Of a DNA stretch of 32,000 bases, positions 8,589 to 17,900 are shown in pieces. The stretch's first letter is position 1. Each line of letters starts with the position of its first letter. The stretch spans positions 9,843 to 41,842 of the forward strand of contig NZ_JAAWVT010000012.1 in the NCBI RefSeq assembly GCF_012271785.1, written 5' to 3'. The translations under genes were made by a program, and so were the position numbers. Under the pieces are notes generated by a model that saw only the letters and a program-made list of their open reading frames with translations, was not told where the DNA came from and did not search any database. The DNA is from Paeniglutamicibacter terrestris. GTDB lineage: Bacteria; Actinomycetota; Actinomycetes; Actinomycetales; Micrococcaceae.

Positions 8589-9062
8589 TTAACGAAGAGC
8601 TCGGAGATACCTTCGTCGAACAATTTGCTGCACGATCAGCAGCAGTGGGTACAGCGCTCGCCAAGGCTGCTGCGGAGCAGCCCGGGTCAGGGATCGAATG
8701 GTGATATGTACCGCGTCACCATGGCGACTGACGATAAATGCTTCCTCTCCCGACACCGGATGTCCGGGAAGCGTTCGGTAGGAAAAACCGACGCGGTCTA
8801 CTTCTTTTACAACAACAACGACTTCCACTGGTTCAAGGATCCGCAGACCAAATAGTTCCGCGGTGACCTCTATCCGGTCCCCCGGCGTCACCGCAGCGGA
8901 TGAGCTCACGCTAAAACCGCTGGCAGTCTTTACGCCCCATTCCAGCACACGGGTTGAGGCTCGCTCCCAAAAGAGTTGACCGCTGCCAATCTGCGCCGAA
9001 ACTTCGGAACGGCGATATTCGTTTCCCGTGGGCGGCCAGACCTCAAGGTTCGGTTTTGTCAT
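8589..9062 (-). CDS. DUF1990-family protein
   Basis: GFSYRTLPGHPVSGEEAF...RRRYLRAL matches my recollection of the DUF1990 signature. The ATG at 9062 (MTKPNLEV...) is preceded by GAGGGGAAG, so I reject the track start at 9083. Confidence 0.72.
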   Translation of the reverse strand: MTKPNLEVWPPTGNEYRRSEVSAQIGSGQLFWERASTRVLEWGVKTASGFSVSSSAAVTPGDRIEVTAELFGLRILEPVEVVVVVKEVDRVGFSYRTLPGHPVSGEEAFIVSRHGDAVHITIRSLTRAAPQQPWRALYPLLLIVQQIVRRRYLRALR

Positions 9063-9291
9063 GTTTCGTCTTCCCCTCATCATTCCGAGCAGACATTCAA
9101 ACGCGGCTGCCTGCGTCTACTCTGAGGGTCAGTGCGCCTCCGCGGGCTACCGCCACGCCGATCCGGTGCCCTGCAGGTCATCGCGCGTCGAGGGACATCA
9201 CCCTGGGGAGGGCCGATGATTGCGCTTTTGCTGACTTCAAGAAATAACGCAATTGATTAATCTTGTGTTCATCTCTTGACCGCAAGCATAT

Positions 9292-10503
9292 ATGTCACGC
9301 ACGCTACTAGACATGGGTCCAGATCAACGCAGCTCCCCCACCGCGATAAACCCCGGCTCGCAGTCGGCGCTACGCGAATTAAATGAAGAACGAATCCTTG
9401 CCATGCTGCGCAGCCATGGGACGCTGACGCAAGCCGCATTGGCCCGCTCCACGGGCTTATCCACCGCTACGATTTCAAACATCGTCAAGTCCCTTGTGGC
9501 CACACAGCGTGTGGAGACCGCCCCCACGACCAGCTCGGGGCGTCGGGCGATGGGAGTGAGCATCATTGACGCGGCGGATGTCGCGGTAGGCATCGATTTC
9601 GGACGTAGCCACGTTCGCGTTGTCCTCGCCCGCGCCGGGTTCCATCTGCTCGGTGAGGACCATACGGCATTGCCAGTGGGCCACCGCGCGGAAGAAAGCA
9701 TTTCGATTGCCGCATCGATGCTCAAAAAGCTTTGTGCGAATCTCGGCGTCGACCACACCCAGCTCCTCGGCGCGGGCATTGGCATCCCCGGGCCCATAGA
9801 CCACCGAACCATGACCGTCATCAGGGGCGCCATCCTCCCGGAATGGGTGGGTATCAATATCGAATCCCAGCTCCAAGCTGCCCTCAGCTTGCCCGTATTC
9901 ATTGACAATGACGCCAATTTGGGAGCCCTGGCCCAGGTGACGTGGGGTGAGCATCAAGAAAGCTCAAATCTCTGTTTCCTCAAGATTGGCAGTGGCATCG
10001 GCGCCGGTTTAGTTCTCAACGGGTCGCTGTACTACGGAAGCCTAGGCATCACCGGAGAAATCGGGCATTCAACGATCTTCAATCAGGGATTGATCTGCCG
10101 CTGCGGAAATCGAGGATGCCTTGAGACCGTGGCTTCCACGGGAGTCATCATCGATCTCCTCAGCCAAAGCGAGGGCACCCCGATCGGCATCGAGGCGGTG
10201 ATTGAGCGCGCGCAATCCGGGGACTCGGCAACGCTTCGCATCCTTGGAGACGTCGGCGCGGCTGTCGGCCATGCATTGGCCAACGTTTCCAACTTACTCA
10301 GCCCCGAGGTCATTGTCATCGGAGGACCACTGGCACCGCTGGGTGAGCTACTCCTCGAGCCCATTCGTCGTGGCCTTTTCCGCCACGCCATCCCCATCAT
10401 TGGTGAGAACACGGTGGTGCGTATGGCGGCGCTGGGCGACCGCGCCGAAGCACTCGGCGCGTCAGCACTGGTGCTCCGCCAAGGCCAACCACGTCAGATT
10501 TAG
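9292..10503 (+). CDS. ROK-family transcriptional regulator (N-terminal wHTH plus ROK sugar-kinase-like domain)
   Basis: 403 aa. wHTH (LTQAALARSTGLSTATISNIVKSL), ROK glycine-rich segments (GIGIPGPID, DNDANLGALA) and the Zn motif GHSTIFNQGLICRCGNRGCLE. An alternative start at 9313 is possible. Confidence 0.85.
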   Translation: MSRTLLDMGPDQRSSPTAINPGSQSALRELNEERILAMLRSHGTLTQAALARSTGLSTATISNIVKSLVATQRVETAPTTSSGRRAMGVSIIDAADVAVGIDFGRSHVRVVLARAGFHLLGEDHTALPVGHRAEESISIAASMLKKLCANLGVDHTQLLGAGIGIPGPIDHRTMTVIRGAILPEWVGINIESQLQAALSLPVFIDNDANLGALAQVTWGEHQESSNLCFLKIGSGIGAGLVLNGSLYYGSLGITGEIGHSTIFNQGLICRCGNRGCLETVASTGVIIDLLSQSEGTPIGIEAVIERAQSGDSATLRILGDVGAAVGHALANVSNLLSPEVIVIGGPLAPLGELLLEPIRRGLFRHAIPIIGENTVVRMAALGDRAEALGASALVLRQGQPRQI

Positions 10504-10640
10504 GCCTCCATTTTGGCAACGATTCGGGAAAGTTTGCGTTAAGTAGTTGACGACAAACTGTGACGTAGGCAACCATTAGGTGATCCCTGACACATCACTC
10601 GACAAATTCTCACATTTTCAAACAACTTTTGGAGGCAAAT

Positions 10641-11933
10641 ATGCGCCGTCGTCTATCGCTCATCGCAGCGGCCGCAACATTGGGACTGACCCTAGCTGGG
10701 TGCGGCGGTGCAGCCGAGACTCCCTCGAACACCGCGGCTCCGGCCAGTGAGGCCACCGGCAAGGTCGGCGTGTTCACATGGTGGGCCGACGGTTCGGAGA
10801 AGGTCGGACTTGATGCCCTGGTGAAGGTATTCAACACCGACTACCCGGGTCTCACGTTCGACAATCTCGCCGTAGCCGGCGGTGCTGGTTCACAGGCCAA
10901 GAGCGTTTTGGCGGCCCAGCTGAAGGCGGGCAACCCGCCAGATTCCTTCCAGGCACACGCCGGTGCGGAGCTGCAGGACTACATTGATGCCGAGCAGCTT
11001 GAGGATCTCACCAGCTTCTACACCGACAACAACCTCACCGACCAGTTCCCCAAGGACCTGATCGACAGGCTCACCGTGGATGGAAAAATCTACTCGGTTC
11101 CCTCCAATATTCACCGTTCAAACGTCGTCTGGGCCAATGTTGAGGTCCTGAAGGACGCGGGCTTGGATCCGACCAAACCCGCCGAAGACCTCGATGCCTG
11201 GATCGCGGACCTGGAAAAGATCAAGGCCAGCGGGAAGACCCCGCTAGCGGTCGCCGGTTCTTGGACACAGGTTCAGCTCTTTGAAAACGTTTTGCTTTCC
11301 AGTCTTGGGGTCGACGGCTACAACGGCCTCTGGGATGGAGCAACGGATTGGAAGGGCGCCGATGTCACCAAGGCCATCGAGTCCTACAAGAAGGTCCTGA
11401 GCTACACCAATACCGACCGCGATTCACTCAGCGACTGGGCGCCAGCCACCCAGCTGGTCCAAGACGGCGCGGCAGGCTACAACCTCATGGGTGACTGGGC
11501 CGAGGCTAAGTTCGCTCAAGACGGAGACGTTGCGGGCACCGACTACACCTACTTCCCGATGCCGGGAACCAAGGGTGTCTTCAACTTCCTCGCCGATTCC
11601 TTCACTCTGCCGGTGGGCGCGCCCAACCCGGCCGGAGCCAAGGCATGGTTGACAACGATCGGTTCGGCCGAGGGCCAGGCAGCTTTCAACAAGGCCAAGG
11701 GATCAATTCCGGCCAACACCACGGCCAAGACGGATGACTTCTCCGAGTACCAGAAGAGCGCCATCAAGGACTTCTCGCAGGACAAGATCGTCTCATCCCT
11801 GGCACACGGCGCCGCGGTGCCAGTGGCCTGGCTCAACGATCTGAGCACGGCAGTCAGCAAGTTTGGTGGCGACAATGATGTGGCAGCCCTGCAGGAATCC
11901 GCTGCAACTACCGCAGAGAAGTTCGCCAAGTAA
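10641..11933 (+). CDS. Carbohydrate ABC transporter substrate-binding lipoprotein (CUT1 type)
   Basis: The ATG at 10641 follows GGAGG (10631-10635). Signal peptide with lipobox LTLAGC. The motif AVAGGAGSQAKSVLAAQLKAGNPPDSFQAHAG is typical of family-1 sugar-binding proteins. Confidence 0.88.
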   Translation: MRRRLSLIAAAATLGLTLAGCGGAAETPSNTAAPASEATGKVGVFTWWADGSEKVGLDALVKVFNTDYPGLTFDNLAVAGGAGSQAKSVLAAQLKAGNPPDSFQAHAGAELQDYIDAEQLEDLTSFYTDNNLTDQFPKDLIDRLTVDGKIYSVPSNIHRSNVVWANVEVLKDAGLDPTKPAEDLDAWIADLEKIKASGKTPLAVAGSWTQVQLFENVLLSSLGVDGYNGLWDGATDWKGADVTKAIESYKKVLSYTNTDRDSLSDWAPATQLVQDGAAGYNLMGDWAEAKFAQDGDVAGTDYTYFPMPGTKGVFNFLADSFTLPVGAPNPAGAKAWLTTIGSAEGQAAFNKAKGSIPANTTAKTDDFSEYQKSAIKDFSQDKIVSSLAHGAAVPVAWLNDLSTAVSKFGGDNDVAALQESAATTAEKFAK

Positions 11934-11950
11934 GCACTCTCCACCACGCG

Positions 11951-11995
11951 TTTGGGGGCGCTCACAACCACAACGGTTCGTGATGCGCCCCCAAA
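11951..11995 (+). other. Intercistronic hairpin after the binding-protein gene (TTTGGGGGCGC / GCGCCCCCAAA, 11-bp stem)
   Basis: The inverted repeat was read directly at 11951-11961 and 11985-11995. It lies between the SBP stop (11933) and the permease start (12030), a typical position for partial termination or mRNA stabilisation in ABC operons. Confidence 0.5.
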
Positions 11996-12029
11996 TGTTT
12001 GTGACGCGACTTTCCTCTGAAAGGAAACC

Positions 12030-12935
12030 ATGTTTGCGCGCGTAAAACACTGGGGCCCGGGGCTCTTACTCCTGGCACCCACCATCATCTTGGTTGGCGT
12101 CTTCGTCTACTGGCTCATCATTGAAAACTTCCGAGTCAGCCTCACCAACCAGCACACCGCAAAACCCAGCAACGATTACGTTGGATTCTCGAACTACAGC
12201 AATCTGCTGGCCGATTCGAACTTCCAACATTCGCTCTTGAACCTGCTCATCCTCACGGTCGTCTTCCTCGCCGGAACGTTGATTTTCGGATTCCTGTGGG
12301 CCTGGTTGCTGGATAAGCCAGCCAAGGGCGAAGGAATCTTCCGCGCCGTCTACCTGTTCCCGATGTCGATTTCCTTTATCGCCTCCGGTGTTGTCTGGCG
12401 GTGGTTGCTCTCCAGCCTGCAAACGGATCAACCCGGCGGTGAACGCACCACCGGCCTGAACCGTCTTTTGGATTCCGTTGGTCTGGGCTTTATGCAAAAC
12501 GACTGGTGGTCCAACCCCACCTGGGGCATTGCCGCCATCGCCGTACCCGCCATCTGGCAGCTCTCGGGCTACGTCATGGCCCTGTTCTTGGCCGGTTTCC
12601 GGGGCATTCCCGAGGAACTACGCGAGGCTGCCCGGATTGACGGCTGTAGCGAATGGAAGCTCTACCGCCACGTGATCTTCCCGCAGCTGAGCCCGGTGAT
12701 GCTCTCGGCCGTGATCATCATCGGACACATGTCCTTGAAGCTCTTTGACTTGATTCGTGCGATCGTCCCGGATGCCAACACCTACGACGTCCAGGTTCCG
12801 GCGACCATGATGTGGGTCAAGTACATTGGCAGCGACTACGCGGATGCCGCGGCCATCGGCATGATCCTGCTGGTGCTCGTAGCGATCGTGGTCATCCCGT
12901 ACCTCATGTACACCTCGCGAGCGGAGAAGCGCTAA
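12030..12935 (+). CDS. Carbohydrate ABC transporter permease (MalF/UgpA-like)
   Basis: 301 aa, multiple TM segments, EAA-loop region EELREAARIDGCSEWKLYRHVIFPQL. SD GAAAGGA upstream. Confidence 0.88.
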   Translation: MFARVKHWGPGLLLLAPTIILVGVFVYWLIIENFRVSLTNQHTAKPSNDYVGFSNYSNLLADSNFQHSLLNLLILTVVFLAGTLIFGFLWAWLLDKPAKGEGIFRAVYLFPMSISFIASGVVWRWLLSSLQTDQPGGERTTGLNRLLDSVGLGFMQNDWWSNPTWGIAAIAVPAIWQLSGYVMALFLAGFRGIPEELREAARIDGCSEWKLYRHVIFPQLSPVMLSAVIIIGHMSLKLFDLIRAIVPDANTYDVQVPATMMWVKYIGSDYADAAAIGMILLVLVAIVVIPYLMYTSRAEKR

Positions 12936-13822
12936 TGGCTACCTCAACATTGACCCGACCCCGCGACGCGGCCCCGCAAAGTGCAGCTTCGGCACCGAAT
13001 AAGGGACGCCGCCGCATTAACCGGACGTTGAAGTACGCGTTGCTGATCTTCTTCGTGATCATCATCCTGATCCCCGCCTACGTCCTGTTCATTACCAGCT
13101 TCAAGGGCACCTCGGATGCAGATCCATCACGCGCCTGGTTGCTGCCCCAGTCGTGGGAAACCGCCGGCTGGGACAAGGCCTGGACGACACTGGCCCCCGC
13201 CCTGGGCAGAACCTTCCTGCTGGTGATTCCTGCGGCGCTGATCTCCGCCACCCTGGGTTCCATCAACGGCTACGTGCTCTCCAAATGGCGTTTCCCCGGT
13301 GCCAATCTGGTGTTCACGCTGATCCTTTTTGGCATGTTCATCCCATACCAAGCAGTCATGATCCCGCTGACGCAGCTGATGAGCAATATTGGGATAGCCC
13401 AAGGCATTCCCTCACTGTTGTTGCTGCACATCGTTTACGGTTTGCCGATCTGTACGCTGATCTTCCGCAACTACTACGAGTCGGTACCCAACGAGCTGAT
13501 TGAGGCGGCCAGGATGGACGGCGCGGGAATCTTGCGCACCTATGCCTCGGTCATCCTTCCGATCTCGGCCCCCGGCTTTGTTGTCGTGCTGATCTGGCAA
13601 TTCACCTCGGCCTGGAACGACTACCTCTTTGCCGCGTTCTTCTCCTCGGGACGTAATGGCCCGGTCACCATCGCGCTCAGCTTCCTAGCCGGTGGTCAGC
13701 TCACCGACTACGCCGCCTCCATGGCAGGTGCGCTGATTGCCTCGGTTCCGACGCTGATCGTCTACATCCTGCTGGGCAAATACTTTGTTGGCGGCTTGAT
13801 GAGTGGTTCCGTCAAGGGCTAG
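12935..13822 (+). CDS. Carbohydrate ABC transporter permease (MalG/UgpE-like)
   Basis: The ATG at 12935 overlaps the upstream TAA (TAATG). The product begins MATSTLTRPRD... and has the EAA loop ELIEAARMDGAGILRTYASVILP. The track start at 12812 would lie inside the previous gene. Confidence 0.88.
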   Translation: MATSTLTRPRDAAPQSAASAPNKGRRRINRTLKYALLIFFVIIILIPAYVLFITSFKGTSDADPSRAWLLPQSWETAGWDKAWTTLAPALGRTFLLVIPAALISATLGSINGYVLSKWRFPGANLVFTLILFGMFIPYQAVMIPLTQLMSNIGIAQGIPSLLLLHIVYGLPICTLIFRNYYESVPNELIEAARMDGAGILRTYASVILPISAPGFVVVLIWQFTSAWNDYLFAAFFSSGRNGPVTIALSFLAGGQLTDYAASMAGALIASVPTLIVYILLGKYFVGGLMSGSVKG

Positions 13823-13846
13823 ACGACAACGGTAAACCACTCCCTG

Positions 13847-13891
13847 ACGCGGGGGCGCTTCGTCTATTCGGCGAGCGCCTCCGCGTTTTTC
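13847..13891 (+). terminator. Rho-independent terminator of the ABC operon
   Basis: ACGCGGGGGCGCT (13847-13859) pairs with AGCGCCTCCGCGT (13874-13886), with one G.U pair, and is followed by TTTTT. Confidence 0.65.
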
Positions 13892-13895
13892 CTTC

Positions 13896-14663
13896 TCATT
13901 TGGTGCTTCGCGGTGCCCAGAGCAGGGCGCCGACTAAGGTATCGGGCAAATGGCGGCCTAGAGAGTCTGGTGTGCGCGAATCCAGGGTGAGGGTCCGCGT
14001 TACGGGAGTGGACAGCAGTACGTGCTTACCGTCCCCCTCCACGATGGGGATACCGCCCTCCCCCGCAAGACCAACACCGCTGGCCTTGACCACGGCTTCC
14101 TTCAACGACCACCAGCTAGCTCGTTGGTGGATTCGTTGAGGTTGGTTCAATCTCTGCAGGTGGGAGCGTTCCTGGGGCGAAAAGGCATAGTCATCCAATA
14201 GTTCACCGGCTCCCGGCGCAAAGGCCGGATCTGCGGCATCTGCCACATCGATACCAAGCAGCTGTTCCGCACGCGATACCGCTACCACCAGCCAGCCACC
14301 GGTACGTGCATACGATAGGGCGAGGCTCCCCCCACGATCGGGAAGCCGCAGTCGCGGATTCCCGTGCAGTGTTGAGGCACATCCGGGACAGAGCTGTTCG
14401 ATGGTTAGATCGGCTGCGCTCAGTTTCGCGCTGTGTTCACGGTCGCGGTTGAGCATCTCCGCGGCAAGGACTTTAACCAAAATACGTCCGTTGCTAAAGT
14501 TCTGACGCGGTGTTCCTTCGTGGTAGCCCCGAGCGCGTTGCTGCTCGATGCTGTTCAGTAAAACCTCTGGGTACAGGGCCGCATCACTCAGCCGCCCAAC
14601 AGACCAGCAGGGTTCGGTGCCCGGGGTGATAGAACCCACTACGGAGTGCTTTTCACTGCGCAT
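13896..14663 (-). CDS. Sfp-type 4'-phosphopantetheinyl transferase
   Basis: 255 aa. PPTase motifs LLGIDVADA (GxD) and WWSLKEAVVKASG (W/FxxKEAxxK), plus the CPGCASTLHGNP segment common in actinobacterial Sfp-type enzymes. GGAGG lies 5 nt upstream of the ATG. Confidence 0.85.
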   Translation of the reverse strand: MRSEKHSVVGSITPGTEPCWSVGRLSDAALYPEVLLNSIEQQRARGYHEGTPRQNFSNGRILVKVLAAEMLNRDREHSAKLSAADLTIEQLCPGCASTLHGNPRLRLPDRGGSLALSYARTGGWLVVAVSRAEQLLGIDVADAADPAFAPGAGELLDDYAFSPQERSHLQRLNQPQRIHQRASWWSLKEAVVKASGVGLAGEGGIPIVEGDGKHVLLSTPVTRTLTLDSRTPDSLGRHLPDTLVGALLWAPRSTK

Positions 14664-14930
14664 CGGTGCCTCCGTCCGTGATGATCAGCCGCTTGGTTGG
14701 TCTCTTGGCTGCCCCTTGGGCAAATCTGCCATGGCTCTACATTACGGTGAACTTACCGTGTCTATCCGCTAGACACCTTCCGTTAACCTTTGCTGATTAG
14801 GTTTGACGCGTATGTGCCGACCGGGCGGTCGCGAACGCTTCGGCGGCGCGCTTCCGGCTCCTGGTTGGGTCCCAGCGTTTGGGTCGACCCCTACTTTGGG
14901 AAGGCCGAGCGCCACGTCAAGAAAGCCACA

Positions 14931-17900
14931 GTGGAATCGACTCGCAGCATTTCCGACCAAGTTACTCCTCCGCCAATTTATCTGCCCCAGTACCCCGGCA
15001 GTGACTTGGCCCCGGCTCCCCGCACCCTGCTGAACATCCTTGAAGCCAGTGCGGCTGCTCACCCCGACGCCTCCGCAATAGATGACGGCGAGCGCGCGCT
15101 CACGTATGCCGAACTCATGGTGAGTATCGATGAACAGGCCGAACGCATGCGAACCGCCGGCCTCGGGGCCGGCGACAGAGTCGGCATCCGTATTCCCTCT
15201 GGGACCCGCGAACTCTACATTGGCATTCTTGCCACGATGATGATTGGTGCTGCCTACGTCCCGGTGGATGCCGATGACCCGGAGGAACGAGCCCAGCTGG
15301 TCTTCTCCGAGGCCAATGTTGCTGCCGTCTTGGGCGTCAAGGGAGAAATCGCCGTACTGCGAAGCGAAGCCAATACATCACCGGCTCGGGAGGCAGAACT
15401 CGGTGACGATGCCTGGATCATCTTCACCTCCGGCTCCACCGGTACCCCCAAGGGTGTGGCCATCACCCAGCGCTCGGCCGCGGCATTTGTTGACGCCGAG
15501 GCAGCACTCTTCCTCCAGAGCGAGCCGATGGGACCCGAAGACCGCGTGCTCGCCGGCCTCTCTGTCGCCTTTGATGCGTCCTGTGAAGAAATGTGGTTGG
15601 CTTGGCGCCACGGTTCCTGCTTGGTGCCAGCTCCGCGTGCTCTGGTTCGTTCGGGCATGGATTTGGGGCCGTGGCTGGTAACTCGCGGTGTCACGGTCGT
15701 CTCCACCGTTCCCACCCTTGCGGCACTCTGGCCCGCCGAGGCCCTAGAAAATGTGCGCCTGTTAATTTTTGGTGGTGAAGCCTGCCCACCCGAGCTAGCC
15801 GCCCGTCTAGCCGTCACCGGACGCGAACTCTGGAACACCTATGGACCCACCGAGGCCACGGTGGTGGCCTGCGGTGCCCAGATGAACGGTATTGACTCGG
15901 TCCGTATTGGTCTGCCACTGACCGGTTGGGATCTCGCCGTGGTTGATACCTCGGGTATCCCGGTGGGTCCTGGTGAGAGCGGAGAACTGATCATTGGCGG
16001 AGTCGGTCTAGGGCGTTACCTTGATCCGGCAAAGGATGCGGAAAAATACGCTCCGTTCCCCACCCTCGGCTGGGACCGTGCCTACCGCTCCGGTGACTTG
16101 GTACAGGCCGACCCCGAGGGCCTAATTTTCCTGGGTCGTCTGGATGAACAGGTCAAGCTCGGTGGCCGTCGCATTGAGCTCGGCGAGGTTGATGCCGCGC
16201 TGCAATCATTGCCCGAGGTATCTGGAGCTGCAGCGGCGGTGAAGACCACCGCCGCCGGAAACCAGATCTTGGTCGGCTATCTGGCCGCCGATGCCTCCTA
16301 TGACACGATCGCTGCCCGCACCCGACTGGCCGATATGCTCCCGGCTGCGCTGATCCCCTTACTCACGGTTGTGGATACGCTACCGACAAAAACCAGTGGC
16401 AAGGTTGACCGTCACGCTCTGCCGTGGCCGTTGGCCACGGCAGCCGATACCTCCTCCTCGGTACTGCCCGAGCTGGGCGAGGACGCGAGCTGGGTCATCG
16501 AGCAATGGAGGCGGGTACTGGGTACCGAGGTCTCCTCCCTTGATGCAGACTTCTTTGCCTCAGGTGGCGGATCCCTCTCCGCCGCTCAACTGGTCTCCGC
16601 ACTACGCGTTCGCTACCGCACCATCACGGTGGGGGAAATTTACTCCCACCCACGCATCGGTTCCTTGCTTGAAGCCTTGGGCACCAGCACCGGGGTAGAA
16701 CCGGAGACTCGGATCGTGGCCCGGACCACCCGACGCGCCCAGGTCTTCCAGACGCTTATGGGCATCCCAACGTTCATTCTGGTGGGCATGCGCTGGCTGG
16801 TGTATTTGGCACTCGGCAACAACGTGCTCGACGCGCTGGGCGTCTTCACGCAGGCACCACGGCTGTCATGGTGGACGGTGCTGGTGCTCTGGTTGGTCTT
16901 TGTCTCCTCCCCGGGACGCATGGCCATCTCCGTGATCTCGGCACGCATGTTGCTGCGCGGAGTGAAGCCCGGAAATTACCCCCGTTCCGGCAAGGTGCAC
17001 CTGCGTCTCTGGCTGGCCCAACAAATTTCCGATTTGGCCGACCCCGTGTCCCTGGGCAGCGCCCACTGGATTCAGTTCTACGCCCGAGCCTTGGGCGCCA
17101 CCGTTGGCCCCGATGTGCAATTGCACTCGGTACCTCCAGTCACCGGTCTACTCACCGTTGGCAGCGGAGCGAACATCGAACCCGAAGTTGATCTGACCGG
17201 CTACTGGATCGACGGAGATCGTGTGCACGTCGGCGCCATCACCATTGGGGCAGATGCCAGCATTGGGGCCCGCAGCACGCTGATGCCCGGTGCCAGCATC
17301 GCCGAGGGTGTCACTCTGGCCGCCGGCTCTGTTGCTGCCGGTCCCACCCGGGCGTTCTCCGCCTACTCCGGTTCCCCGGCCACTCGCCTGGGAAAGGCCA
17401 AACCGGCCTGGCCCCAGACCATCACCACTGCCCGCCGCGTGGCCAGCACGTTCTTCTCTCTGGCTTCGATGGCTCTGGGCGCCCTGCCACTGGTTTCGAT
17501 CCTTGGTGCGCTGGTGATTGCCGCGTGGCTGCTGCGCGGGGGCACTTCGCTGAGCGATTCGTGGCTCACGTTGCTTTACGTGGTTCCCGTTGCCGCCGTG
17601 ACATGGTTTGTGCTGAATATGCTCCTGATTCTGGGCGCCACTCGCATCTTGGGCCTTGGCCTGCGTGAGGGATGGCATCGCGTCGATAGCCGCATCGGCT
17701 GGCAGGTCTGGGCCACCGAACGACTCCTGGACATGGCCCGGGATCTGCTCTTCCCGCTGTACGCATCGCTGTTTACTCCCGTCTGGTTGCGCCTGCTGGG
17801 CGCGAAGGTCGGACGCAACGTTGAGGCCTCCACCGTCCTGCTGATTCCCAAGATGACCACCATCGCCTCGGGTGCTTTCCTGGCCGATGACACCATGGTG

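Noticed and set aside
8262-8855. Plus-strand 197-aa ORF running from the qor 3' end through the terminator into the DUF1990 gene
   Set aside because: It crosses the 8466-8511 terminator hairpin and overlaps two better-supported genes. It has no motifs.
9245-10541. Shared 8-mer TTGCGTTA (complement at 9245-9252, direct at 10534-10541) as a possible ROK operator half-site
   Set aside because: One shared 8-mer between two regions of about 150 bp, counting both strands, is roughly what chance predicts. There is no convincing common palindrome.
14664-14930. Lysine riboswitch or another known leader element upstream of the synthetase
   Set aside because: I could not find the conserved L-box core segments or a convincing terminator/antiterminator pair by eye. 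A covariance-model scan is needed to be sure.
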